Source: Coriobacteriia bacterium
Lineage (GTDB): Bacteria > Actinomycetota > Coriobacteriia > Anaerosomatales > Anaerosomataceae
Direction: 5' to 3'
DNA: 64,000 nucleotides
Assembly: GCA_041595875.1 (NCBI GenBank)
Contig: JBFHJN010000004.1
Location: 7,130-71,129, forward strand
Shown: positions 56,332 through 64,000 of the stretch, piece after piece
Numbering within the stretch: the first letter of the stretch is position 1
Layout of the letters: each line of letters begins with the position of its first letter
Notes under the pieces: generated by a model
What the model saw: only the letters and a program-made list of their open reading frames with translations
What the model was told of the DNA's origin: nothing
Database searches by the model: none
Position numbers and translations under genes: made by a program

Positions 56332-57176
56332 TGGCCGTACCCCCAAAGGCCGAGAAAGGACTGTCGGCGCTGCTCGTACGCACCGGGACCGCAGCCCTTA
56401 TCGGCGCCGCATTCCTTGCGGCCATCTTGTTCGGGAAGCCCATGGGTCTCGCGGTGCTGATCTCAGTGGTCGCCACCTTCGCGGTCGCCGAGTTCTTCGC
56501 GATGTCGCGTCGTGAGCGACGGCTCCCCAATGAGCTGTTCGGGTGGGCAGCTGTAGCGGCCATGCCCTTCTCGGCGGCCGCTTTTGGCGCGTTCGGACTC
56601 ACCGCGGTGGTCAGCATCCTTGTCATCGCTTCACTTCTTTGGCACCTGTTGTTCAGGCAGGTCCGCACCACGGACACGGCCATCACGGTGTTCGGCGCGG
56701 TCTACGTCGGCTTCACGTTGTCGCACTTCGTCTTGATCCGGCAGCTGGATGCGGGCACGGTCCTCGCGCTGGCCACGATCTTCAGCGTATGGGCCAACGA
56801 CGTGTTCGCGTATCTGGTGGGCTCCGCTGTGGGTCACCATAAGATGGCGCCGCGAATATCTCCCAACAAGTCCTGGGAGGGCTTTGTGGCAGGCACGCTG
56901 TTCACCGTCGGTGTATGGGTAGCGGTGTACTTCCTCGCCAGCACAGGGCTGTCGCTGGGAAGCCACATAGCCGTTGGTGTCGCAGTCTCGCTTGCCGCAG
57001 TGGTCGGCGACCTTGCTGAGTCGCGGCTCAAGCGTGAGGCCGGCCTCAAGGACTCCGGAACCGGACTACCGGGCCACGGCGGGTTCCTCGACCGGTTCGA
57101 CAGCCTCACGCTCGTCTCCATCGTCACCTACTACATGCTTCTTATCGGCGGAGCCACGGTGGGTGGTCCGCTGTGA
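56331..57176 (+). CDS. cdsA: phosphatidate cytidylyltransferase
   Basis: Polytopic membrane protein with SPNKSWEGFVAG and the C-terminal LKREAGLKDSGTGLPGHGGFLDRFDS signature. The ATG at 56331 overlaps the last base of the uppS stop. Confidence 0.88.
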   Translation: MAVPPKAEKGLSALLVRTGTAALIGAAFLAAILFGKPMGLAVLISVVATFAVAEFFAMSRRERRLPNELFGWAAVAAMPFSAAAFGAFGLTAVVSILVIASLLWHLLFRQVRTTDTAITVFGAVYVGFTLSHFVLIRQLDAGTVLALATIFSVWANDVFAYLVGSAVGHHKMAPRISPNKSWEGFVAGTLFTVGVWVAVYFLASTGLSLGSHIAVGVAVSLAAVVGDLAESRLKREAGLKDSGTGLPGHGGFLDRFDSLTLVSIVTYYMLLIGGATVGGPL

Positions 57177-58321
57177 GTCCACGCTTGCGCATCGCGGTCC
57201 TCGGCTCCACCGGCTCGATAGGACGTCAAACACTCATGATCGCCGAGCGCTTCCCGGAGCGCCTCGAGGTCGTCGCGCTCTCCGCGCACAGCAACGCCGA
57301 TCTTCTTGCGCAGCAAGCGACCACCTTCGGGGTCTCAAGAGTCGCCCTCGGCGACGCTGCTGCCGCCACGCGGTTGCAGTCGCTGCTTGCAGGCACCGAC
57401 ATCGAGGTAGGCGCCGGAGCTGAAGCGGTCACGGCTCTCGCGTCGCTTGAAGATGTCGATGTCGTGCTCAACGCCCTCGTAGGCGCCGCAGGACTGCGTT
57501 CGTCCATAGGCGCATTGTCAGCGAACAAGCGTCTCGCCCTGGCCAACAAAGAGTCCCTCGTCGTGGGTGGCGAACTCGTCATGCGGCTTGCCGCAAACGC
57601 CGAGATGCTCCCGGTGGACAGCGAGCATTCCGCCATCTACCAGTGCCTCGTAGGGGAGCGCGCGTCTGACGTCTCCCGCATCTGGCTCACCGCGTCAGGC
57701 GGACCGTTCCGTGGACGTACCCTGGATGAGCTCGCCGGGGTCACAGTCGAACAGGCACTTGCGCACCCCCGCTGGACGATGGGTCCGAAGATCACCATCG
57801 ACTCGTCCACGCTCATGAACAAAGGGCTCGAGGCCATCGAGGCCCACCACCTGTTCGATGTGAGCTACGAGCAGATCAAGATCGTCGTGCATCCGCAGTC
57901 GTGCGTCCACTCGATGGTGGAGTTCTGCGACGGGTCGGTCAAAGCACATCTGGGTGCAACGGACATGCGCATCCCCATCCAGTACGCGTTCAGCCACCCG
58001 GGCAGATGGGACGCCCCGTTGCCCCCGGTGGACTTCACCCAGATCGGTCGACTCGACTTCGAGGAGCCCGACTATGCGTCGTTCCCGTGTCTGGAACTTG
58101 CACTCGAAGCCGGACGAACCGGCGGCACGATGCCGGCGGCGATGAATGCGGCCAACGAGACGGCCGTGGCCGCGTTTCTCGGCCATAGGGTAGGCTTCCT
58201 CGATATTCCCCGTGTGGTGGAGCACGTCATGGGCCGTCACACCGTGGAGCGATTGGAAAGCGTCGAACAGGTGGAAGCTATAGACGGTTGGGCACGGCAG
58301 ACTGCCGAGCAGTCCCTCTAG
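57173..58321 (+). CDS. dxr: 1-deoxy-D-xylulose-5-phosphate reductoisomerase
   Basis: IAVLGSTGSIGRQTL, LANKESLV, VDSEHSAI, LTASGGPFR, HPRWTMGPKITIDSSTLMNKGLE. Confidence 0.95.
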   Translation: MSPRLRIAVLGSTGSIGRQTLMIAERFPERLEVVALSAHSNADLLAQQATTFGVSRVALGDAAAATRLQSLLAGTDIEVGAGAEAVTALASLEDVDVVLNALVGAAGLRSSIGALSANKRLALANKESLVVGGELVMRLAANAEMLPVDSEHSAIYQCLVGERASDVSRIWLTASGGPFRGRTLDELAGVTVEQALAHPRWTMGPKITIDSSTLMNKGLEAIEAHHLFDVSYEQIKIVVHPQSCVHSMVEFCDGSVKAHLGATDMRIPIQYAFSHPGRWDAPLPPVDFTQIGRLDFEEPDYASFPCLELALEAGRTGGTMPAAMNAANETAVAAFLGHRVGFLDIPRVVEHVMGRHTVERLESVEQVEAIDGWARQTAEQSL

Positions 58322-58404
58322 TCCTTCTGGTTCGCCTTTTGCTCACCTGCAGTAGAGGTCGGTCCCGCATCGGCGGGAACGCTTACGAAGATTCGGATGG
58401 TGCC

Positions 58405-59652
58405 ATGACTGTTCTTACAACGATATTCTGGGGGGTCCTGACGTTCTCGATCCTCGTCGTCCTCCATGAAGGCGGGCATCTATTGGCCGCGCGCGCCTTC
58501 AAGATCAAGGTGCACGAATTCATGATCGGCCTGCCCGGTCCGGCGATACGGCTCAAGACCAAGAACATGACCTGGGGCATCACAGCCATACCGCTGGGCG
58601 GGTACGTCCGTATCGCAGGCATGGAGCCCGGACCCGAGGACCCGCTCCTGGGCGCAGCGCTCAAGGCCGCCTCGATCGCAGGCCGCGTGGATGCCGCCTC
58701 GTTGGCCAGGATGCTCGACACCGACAGGGACACCGCCGCAGCGCTTCTGGCCACACTGGCGGACTGGGGGGCGATCGACCCTGCCGAAGACGATGACGTC
58801 TCCTACCTGTCGCTCCACTCGGCCACCCCGGACACCGACGAGCAAGAGCTCCTCTCGGCGGCCCGGGCCATCACGTATCGTGGCGCCAAGACCTGGCAGC
58901 GCATCACCGTGCTCGTCTCCGGCGTTGCCGTCAACATGCTGACGGCCATCGTGACGTTCACCGTTGTGCTCGCCGTCTGGGGCTACTTCGCGATCACTCC
59001 GGAAGTCTCCGAAGTCATGGCAGACACCCCCGCGTACACCGCAGGACTGCAGACAGGCGACACGCTGACCGCGATAGACAGCGTGGAAGTGGACTCCTGG
59101 CAGACGTTCAGCGAGACCATCGCCTCGCTTGAGCCCGGCACGTCAGTCGTTGTCACGGTGGATCGCGACGGCACGTCGATCCCGTACGAGGTCTTGCTTG
59201 CCGAGAAGGACGGGCACGCCTATCTGGGCGTGGCTCCCACGCTTGCGCATGTCGATTTCACCGTTCCTGAAGCGCTCACGGAGTCGGTCAGCTACATCGG
59301 CCTCGTGTTCAAGGCCATCAGCGGTTTCTTCCAGCCGGCGACCTTCGAGAGCAGCGTCGATCAATCGGCGGGCATCGTGGGCATCGCGATCATGGCCTCC
59401 GACGCCGCGACCACCAGTCCTCTGGACTATGCGTTCCTGATCGCGTTGCTGTCTCTGTCGCTGGGCGCGATGAACATCCTGCCCATCCCGCCGCTGGACG
59501 GCGGCAAGGTGCTGGTGGAGGTCGTCGAGAAGGTGATGGGCAAGCCGCTCAGCCGGAAGGTCTCCATAGGCTTCAGTGCTGCCGGAGCCATGCTGCTTTT
59601 CACTTTCATCGGCTACATCATGTACGCTGACATCGCTCGTCTGGTCGGATAG
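58405..59652 (+). CDS. rseP: RIP site-2 metalloprotease (M50, RseP/Rip1 family)
   Basis: VVLHEGGHLLAARAF (HExxH), a PDZ region (TAGLQTGDTLTAIDS) and LSLSLGAMNILPIPPLDGG. Confidence 0.88.
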   Translation: MTVLTTIFWGVLTFSILVVLHEGGHLLAARAFKIKVHEFMIGLPGPAIRLKTKNMTWGITAIPLGGYVRIAGMEPGPEDPLLGAALKAASIAGRVDAASLARMLDTDRDTAAALLATLADWGAIDPAEDDDVSYLSLHSATPDTDEQELLSAARAITYRGAKTWQRITVLVSGVAVNMLTAIVTFTVVLAVWGYFAITPEVSEVMADTPAYTAGLQTGDTLTAIDSVEVDSWQTFSETIASLEPGTSVVVTVDRDGTSIPYEVLLAEKDGHAYLGVAPTLAHVDFTVPEALTESVSYIGLVFKAISGFFQPATFESSVDQSAGIVGIAIMASDAATTSPLDYAFLIALLSLSLGAMNILPIPPLDGGKVLVEVVEKVMGKPLSRKVSIGFSAAGAMLLFTFIGYIMYADIARLVG

Positions 59653-59669
59653 CGGAAGCGGGGGAGAAC

Positions 59670-60731
59670 GTGGTTCAGTCTCGTCGGGAGAGTCACACCG
59701 TCCATGTGGGTGGAGTCACGGTGGGCGGTGGTGCCCCGGTCAGCGTGCAATCGATGACCAACACCGACACCCGCGATCCCGCGGCCACGCTCGCTCAGAT
59801 CGATCGGTTCGCTGCAGCGGGCTGTGAGATCGTACGCGTGGCCATTCCGCATGCTGACGCCCTCGATGGCTTTGAGCGCGTATGCCAGGCTTCGCCGCTG
59901 CCGGTGGTCGCCGATATCCACTTCGACCACCGCCTCGCCATCGAGGCCGCACGCCGCGGCGCTGCCAAGCTGCGCATCAACCCCGGCAACATCGGGGCCA
60001 CCCAGCGCGTCGACGCAGTCATCGAGGCCGCGGGTGAAGCGGGTATCCCCATCCGCATCGGCGTGAACGCCGGTTCGCTCGCCGAGGAGTACCACGACAA
60101 GGACTGGCCGCTAGCCCAGAAGCTCGCCGCCAGCGCAGAGGCGTTCTGCACGCATTTCGAGAGCCGCGGATTCAAAGACATAGTCGTCTCGGCAAAGGCA
60201 TCGTCGGTCAACGCCACCATCGACGCATACCGCATGCTCGCCCGGACGTTGCCGTACGCCCTGCACATCGGCGTGACCGAGGCCGGCACCACGTTCGCAG
60301 GGACCATCAAGTCCGCCGTAGGACTCGGTGTGCTCCTGGCCGACGGCATCGGAGACACGCTGCGTGTGTCGCTCACGGCAGATCCCGTGGAGGAAGTGCG
60401 TGTGGGCTGGGAGATACTGGCCGCGCTCGACATCCGCCGTCGGGGACCCGAGCTTGTCTCATGCCCCACGTGCGGTCGCTGCCAGGTCGACTTGGTCCCT
60501 ATCGCCGAGGAGGTCGAGAGACGCCTTCGCAGCATCGATACCCCGGTGAAGGTCGCGGTCATGGGATGCATCGTCAACGGTCCCGGCGAGGCTCGCGACG
60601 CCGACATCGGGGTCGCGGCCGGCAAGGGCGTAGGCCTCATCTTCAGACGAGGCGAGCCGGTCAAAAAGGTCCCCGAAGGCGATATCGTCTCGGCGCTTAT
60701 GGATGAGATCGCATCGCTCGACGTTGAGTGA
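59670..60731 (+). CDS. ispG: 4-hydroxy-3-methylbut-2-en-1-yl diphosphate synthase
   Basis: VQSMTNTDT, VVADIHFDHRLA, RINPGNIG, CPTCGRC and MGCIVNGPGEA. GTG start. Confidence 0.95.
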   Translation: MVQSRRESHTVHVGGVTVGGGAPVSVQSMTNTDTRDPAATLAQIDRFAAAGCEIVRVAIPHADALDGFERVCQASPLPVVADIHFDHRLAIEAARRGAAKLRINPGNIGATQRVDAVIEAAGEAGIPIRIGVNAGSLAEEYHDKDWPLAQKLAASAEAFCTHFESRGFKDIVVSAKASSVNATIDAYRMLARTLPYALHIGVTEAGTTFAGTIKSAVGLGVLLADGIGDTLRVSLTADPVEEVRVGWEILAALDIRRRGPELVSCPTCGRCQVDLVPIAEEVERRLRSIDTPVKVAVMGCIVNGPGEARDADIGVAAGKGVGLIFRRGEPVKKVPEGDIVSALMDEIASLDVE

Positions 60732-60806
60732 TCGGATAGCAGCCCACTCCTGCTCCTGGTATCCTGCGTAACGTATGTGAGCCTATACACGGTGAGAGGG
60801 GATGGC

Positions 60807-61199
60807 ATGACCCAGGAGAAGGTGCGAGTAGCGATAGTCGGCGGGGGACGTACCGGCACACCGTTGCTTGAGGATTTTCTCAAGCGCCCGTTCATCGAAG
60901 TGGTCGGCGTTGCTGACGCGGACGCAGACAGCCCCGGCGCCAAGCTTGCACAGGCACAGGGGATCTTCTTCACCGAGAACGCAGACGTCCTGGCCGCGCG
61001 CGGCAACGACATCGACCTCATCATCGAGGTCAGCGGCGATCCTTCGGTCAAGCCTGCGCTCAAAGACGCGTTCGTCGCCCAGGACAACCGCCACACGCTC
61101 ATCGTGCATGACCTGCTCGCTCGTCTTATCATGAGTCTGTCCGCAGACAGTGACACCCTCATCGAGGCGTATCATCCTGAAGACCAGGGTATCGGCTAG
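60807..61199 (+). CDS. small stand-alone Rossmann-like protein (NAD_binding_3 / homoserine-dehydrogenase-N-terminal-like), function unknown
   Basis: MTQEKVRVAIVGGGRTGTPLLEDFL...IEVVGVADAD...DLIIEVSG. It has a GxGxxG dinucleotide fold but only 130 aa and no catalytic domain. AGAGGGGATGG lies upstream of the ATG at 60807. Confidence 0.65.
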   Translation: MTQEKVRVAIVGGGRTGTPLLEDFLKRPFIEVVGVADADADSPGAKLAQAQGIFFTENADVLAARGNDIDLIIEVSGDPSVKPALKDAFVAQDNRHTLIVHDLLARLIMSLSADSDTLIEAYHPEDQGIG

Positions 61200-61220
61200 A
61201 CCGTACTGTAATGAACGTAC

Positions 61221-61249
61221 GACGGGCGTCGGCATCGCTGGCGCCCGTC
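61221..61249 (+). terminator. terminator-like hairpin (no U tract) before proS
   Basis: GACGGGCGTC / GGCGCCCGTC, a 10 bp stem (one G-U pair) with a 9 nt loop. Confidence 0.4.
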
Positions 61250-61271
61250 TGCATCACACCAAGGAGTATTG

Positions 61272-62999
61272 ATGGCTGTCTCTCTCAAGATGTCCTCTCT
61301 CTACGTGCCAACACTCAAAGAGGATCCCGCCGAAGCCGAACTGGCGTCGCACCGGTTGCTTCTGCGCGCAGGCATGATCCGCAAGGCTGCGGCGGGCATC
61401 TACACGTTCCTGCCTCTGGGATGGCGCTCGCTCCACAAGATCGAGCAGATCGTCCGAGAAGAGATGGACGCCATCGGAAGCCAGGAGATGCTCATGCCTG
61501 CCGTGCAGCCGGCCGAGCTGTGGCATGAGTCAGGACGCTGGAGCGACTACGGACCCGAGCTCATGCGCCTCAAAGACCGTCACGGGCGGGAGTTCTGCCT
61601 CGGCCCCACGCACGAGGAGATCATCACCGCCACCGTCCGGCATGAACTGCGTTCATACCGGGACCTTCCCGTGTCCCTCTATCAGATCCAGGTGAAGTTC
61701 CGCGACGAGGTACGGCCCCGCTTCGGCCTGCTCCGCGGGCGGGAGTTCATCATGAAGGACGCGTACAGCTTCCATGCGTCACAGGAGTCGCTGCAAGAGC
61801 ACTACGACGCGATGGCAGGCGCATACGGACGCATCTGCGAAAGACTCGGGCTAGAGTACAGGCCCGTCGAGGCTGACTCGGGACAGATCGGCGGCAAGGT
61901 CACCACAGAGTTCATGGCGCTTGCCGAGAACGGCGAGGCCGAACTCGTCTACTGCGACTGCGGCTGGGCGGCAAACGTGGAAGCCGCTACCGCAGCCGTT
62001 CCCCGTCATCCCGCGGTCACAGAAGCGGTGCAGATGGAGAAGGTGCACACACCTGACCTGCGTACGATAGCCGATCTGGCGCAGGCGTTCGATGTCGCTG
62101 AGCACGACACGGTCAAGACGATGGCCGGCAAGACCGCCGAGGGACGCCTCGTGTTCCTTTGCGTGCCGGGTGACCGCGAGCTCAATCCCGTTAAAGCGGA
62201 GAGTGCAGTGCCCGGCTTCGAGCTGCTCGAGGAAGAGGACTTCAAGACCTTCGACATCCCGAAGGGCTCCTTGGGACCTGTCCACCCTCCCAGCGGCGCG
62301 CTGGTCGTGGCTGATGACTCCCTGCGCGACACCGTTGCATGGGGAGTTGGCGCCAACATCAACGACTATCACTACTTCGGAGCGCAGCCGGGACGAGACT
62401 TCGAGATCGACATCTGGGCGGACCTCGTCCTGGCGGCGCCCGGCGACGGATGCCCCATCTGCGGCGGCACGCTCCAGGGCGCCCGCGGCATCGAGGTAAG
62501 CCAGGTCTTCCAGCTGGGGACGAAGTACTCGGAGTCCATGGGCGCGACGTATGCCGATGAAGACGGCAACGAACAGCCGTTTCTGATGGGCTGCTACGGC
62601 GTGGGTGTCAGCCGGTCGCTGGCTGCCGTCATCGAACAGTACAACGATGAGAACGGCATCGCCTGGCCGGTCTCTGTAGCGCCGCTCGAGGTCGCCGTCG
62701 TACCCCTGAATGTGGGAGATGACATCGTGTGGCCCGTCGCCGAGAGCCTCTGGCGTGACCTCGCATCAGCAGGCGTTGAGACCGTCATCGACGACCGTGA
62801 CGAGCGGGCCGGGGTCAAGTTCGCCGACGCCGACCTTATCGGCCTCCCGTATCAGGTGGTGGTAGGGAAGCGTGGCGTTGCCGATGGCGTCATTGAGCTC
62901 AAGGTGCGCGCCACCGGAGAGCGCGAAACGCTTCCTATCGCCGGGGCGACAGAGCGTATCGCCGCCCTTGTGGCACAGGCGCGCTCCGCGCTGGCCTAG
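61272..62999 (+). CDS. proS: prolyl-tRNA synthetase (bacterial type with INS editing domain)
   Basis: YVPTLKEDPAEAELASHRLLLRAGMIRK, FRDEVRPRFGLLRGREFIMKDAYSF, GCYGVGVSR and a C-terminal anticodon-binding domain. AAGGAG RBS before the ATG at 61272. Confidence 0.95.
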   Translation: MAVSLKMSSLYVPTLKEDPAEAELASHRLLLRAGMIRKAAAGIYTFLPLGWRSLHKIEQIVREEMDAIGSQEMLMPAVQPAELWHESGRWSDYGPELMRLKDRHGREFCLGPTHEEIITATVRHELRSYRDLPVSLYQIQVKFRDEVRPRFGLLRGREFIMKDAYSFHASQESLQEHYDAMAGAYGRICERLGLEYRPVEADSGQIGGKVTTEFMALAENGEAELVYCDCGWAANVEAATAAVPRHPAVTEAVQMEKVHTPDLRTIADLAQAFDVAEHDTVKTMAGKTAEGRLVFLCVPGDRELNPVKAESAVPGFELLEEEDFKTFDIPKGSLGPVHPPSGALVVADDSLRDTVAWGVGANINDYHYFGAQPGRDFEIDIWADLVLAAPGDGCPICGGTLQGARGIEVSQVFQLGTKYSESMGATYADEDGNEQPFLMGCYGVGVSRSLAAVIEQYNDENGIAWPVSVAPLEVAVVPLNVGDDIVWPVAESLWRDLASAGVETVIDDRDERAGVKFADADLIGLPYQVVVGKRGVADGVIELKVRATGERETLPIAGATERIAALVAQARSALA

Positions 63000-63062
63000 A
63001 CCGGCCGCTGATCACGCTCATCTGACCAGCACGGACGGCGCCTTCGCACGCCCCGGGTTCCG

Positions 63063-63090
63063 TTGACCGGGTAGTGCCGTATGCTACAAT
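63063..63090 (+). promoter_or_regulatory. candidate strong sigma-70 promoter of the rimP-nusA operon
   Basis: TTGACC, a 16 nt spacer, then TGC-TACAAT (extended -10). Confidence 0.55.
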
Positions 63091-63116
63091 CTTCGGGAAA
63101 GTAAAGAATGACCTGC

Positions 63117-63149
63117 AAGAAGTGGGCTCACCCCCGCTTCTTTTGTTCT
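63117..63149 (+). terminator. intrinsic terminator/attenuator inside the rimP-nusA 5' leader
   Basis: 10 bp stem AAGAAGTGGG / CCCGCTTCTT (one G-U pair) with a 6 nt loop, followed by TTTGTTCT. It lies between the predicted transcription start (~63097) and the rimP RBS (GAAGGAGG, 63151). Confidence 0.55.
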
Positions 63150-63165
63150 GGAAGGAGGTACGCAC

Positions 63166-63657
63166 ATGTCCGAGAAGGGCCTGGCAGGCACGCTCATAGA
63201 CCTACTTGAACCGATCGCTTCCGAGCACGGATTCGAGCTCGTCACTGTTGAGATCGCCGGCGCTGATCACATGCCCATCGTGCGGATCTTCCTCGACCGG
63301 GAGCAGGGCATCAATCTCGACGCAGTCGCAGGCACCAACGAATGGGTGTCTGAGGCGCTCGAGGAGTTCGACGGATTGAGCGGACCGTACACGCTTGAGG
63401 TGTCTTCACCGGGGATCGAGCGCGCGTTGCGCACGCGGGAGCACTTCGTACGCTTCGTGAACAGCAGGGCCAAGGTGAAGACGTCACGTCCTATCGACGG
63501 TCGCTCGGCGTTCACCGGGACTATCACCGCAATAGACGGCGACGACGTCGTCATGGACTGCGAAGGAACCACGTGCCGCATCCCGCTGGATGCTGTCCGA
63601 AAAGCAAACCTGAAAGTCGACATCGACTTCGGAAACGACAAGGGAGTGCCACAATGA
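63166..63657 (+). CDS. rimP: ribosome maturation factor RimP
   Basis: LLEPIASEHGFELVTVE, YTLEVSSPGIERAL and an Sm-like C-terminus. Conserved upstream partner of nusA. Confidence 0.9.
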   Translation: MSEKGLAGTLIDLLEPIASEHGFELVTVEIAGADHMPIVRIFLDREQGINLDAVAGTNEWVSEALEEFDGLSGPYTLEVSSPGIERALRTREHFVRFVNSRAKVKTSRPIDGRSAFTGTITAIDGDDVVMDCEGTTCRIPLDAVRKANLKVDIDFGNDKGVPQ

Positions 63658-64000
63658 GCTCAGAACTCATGGACGCGCTTCGGCAACTCGCGCGCGAGAA
63701 GAACATCGACGAGATCGATATGCTCGACAAGCTGGAGCAGACGCTTGCACAGACGTACCGCAAGACGCTCGACCTCGAGAACGAGGCCCGCGTCACGATC
63801 GACCGCGAGTCCGGTCGCATCTGTGTGCTTGAGCTCGTCCCTGTTGGTGGCACCGAGGAAGAGCCTGTCTTCGAGGAGAACGACATAACTCCTCCGGACA
63901 TCTCGCGTTTCGCCGCGCAGGCCGCCAAGCAGGTCATCACGCAGTCGATACGCGAGGCCGAACGTGAGCAGATCTTCGAGGAGTATGCCGACCGCATCGG
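63654..64000 (+). CDS. nusA: transcription termination/antitermination factor NusA (N-terminal part; continues past window)
   Basis: My translation is MSSELMDALRQLAREKNIDEIDMLDKLEQTLAQTYRK...AAQAAKQVITQSIREAEREQIFEEY, matching the NusA N-terminal domain. The ATG at 63654 overlaps the rimP stop (ATGA). Confidence 0.92.
   Translation, partial: MSSELMDALRQLAREKNIDEIDMLDKLEQTLAQTYRKTLDLENEARVTIDRESGRICVLELVPVGGTEEEPVFEENDITPPDISRFAAQAAKQVITQSIREAEREQIFEEYADRI

Noticed and set aside
59795-61162. 455 aa minus-strand ORF, the longest unexplained ORF in the track
   Set aside because: It is antisense to ispG and to the small Rossmann gene. It is extremely Ser/Ala/Arg/Pro-rich, which is what the reverse frame of a GC3-rich gene yields, so it is not a credible protein.
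61200-61271. Possible T-box or other aminoacyl-tRNA synthetase leader upstream of proS
   Set aside because: The spacer is only ~70 nt. It contains a single hairpin and no T-box consensus (no AGGGTGGNACCGCG-like element or specifier loop).

Overview
High-GC (by eye roughly 60-65%) bacterial chromosomal core segment. It is almost fully coding and nearly all genes are on the + strand. I recognise about 66 protein genes, two riboswitches (SAM-I before metK, TPP before thiT-thiN), several intrinsic-terminator-like hairpins and a few sigma-70-like promoters. I see no rRNA or tRNA genes, CRISPR arrays, transposases, prophage genes or recognisable defence genes.

Gene content in order:
- Translation, RNA modification and DNA repair: gltX (partial), metK, priA, def-fmt-rsmB, glpX, rpmB, recG-rsmD-coaD, yceD-rpmF.
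- Lipid metabolism: Asp23-FakA(DAK2)-DegV, then plsX-fabH-fabK-fabD-fabG-acpP-(FabK-like)-fabF.
- Chromosome and secretion: rnc-smc-ftsY-lepB-ffh.
- Ribosome-associated block: rpsP-KH-rimM-trmD-lepB-rplS-lepB-rnhB-yraN-comM-dprA-trmFO-xerC-whiG.
- Final block: rpsB-tsf-pyrH-frr-uppS-cdsA-dxr-rseP-ispG, proS, rimP-nusA (partial).

The synteny looks like Actinomycetota, but the lipid and tRNA genes (fabK, fakA/degV, trmFO) are Firmicutes-like. That suggests a Coriobacteriia-like lineage, which is inference only.

I do not see a clear self-contained novel system such as a defence island or mobile element. The leads most worth a second look are:
1. A membrane-anchored 2xPASTA protein fused to a degenerate Amidase_3-like domain, next to an intact coiled-coil M23 peptidase.
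2. An ADP-forming acetyl-CoA synthetase start/stop-coupled to a stand-alone Pta N-terminal (BioD-like + DRTGG) protein, wedged between rpmF and plsX.
3. A WhiG/FliA-type sigma factor followed by a receiver domain fused to a C-terminal zinc ribbon.
4. A second FabK-like flavoenzyme start/stop-coupled to fabF.
5. A terminator/attenuator in the rimP-nusA leader.

Many long ORFs in the track are antisense or off-frame shadows typical of high-GC DNA and were rejected.
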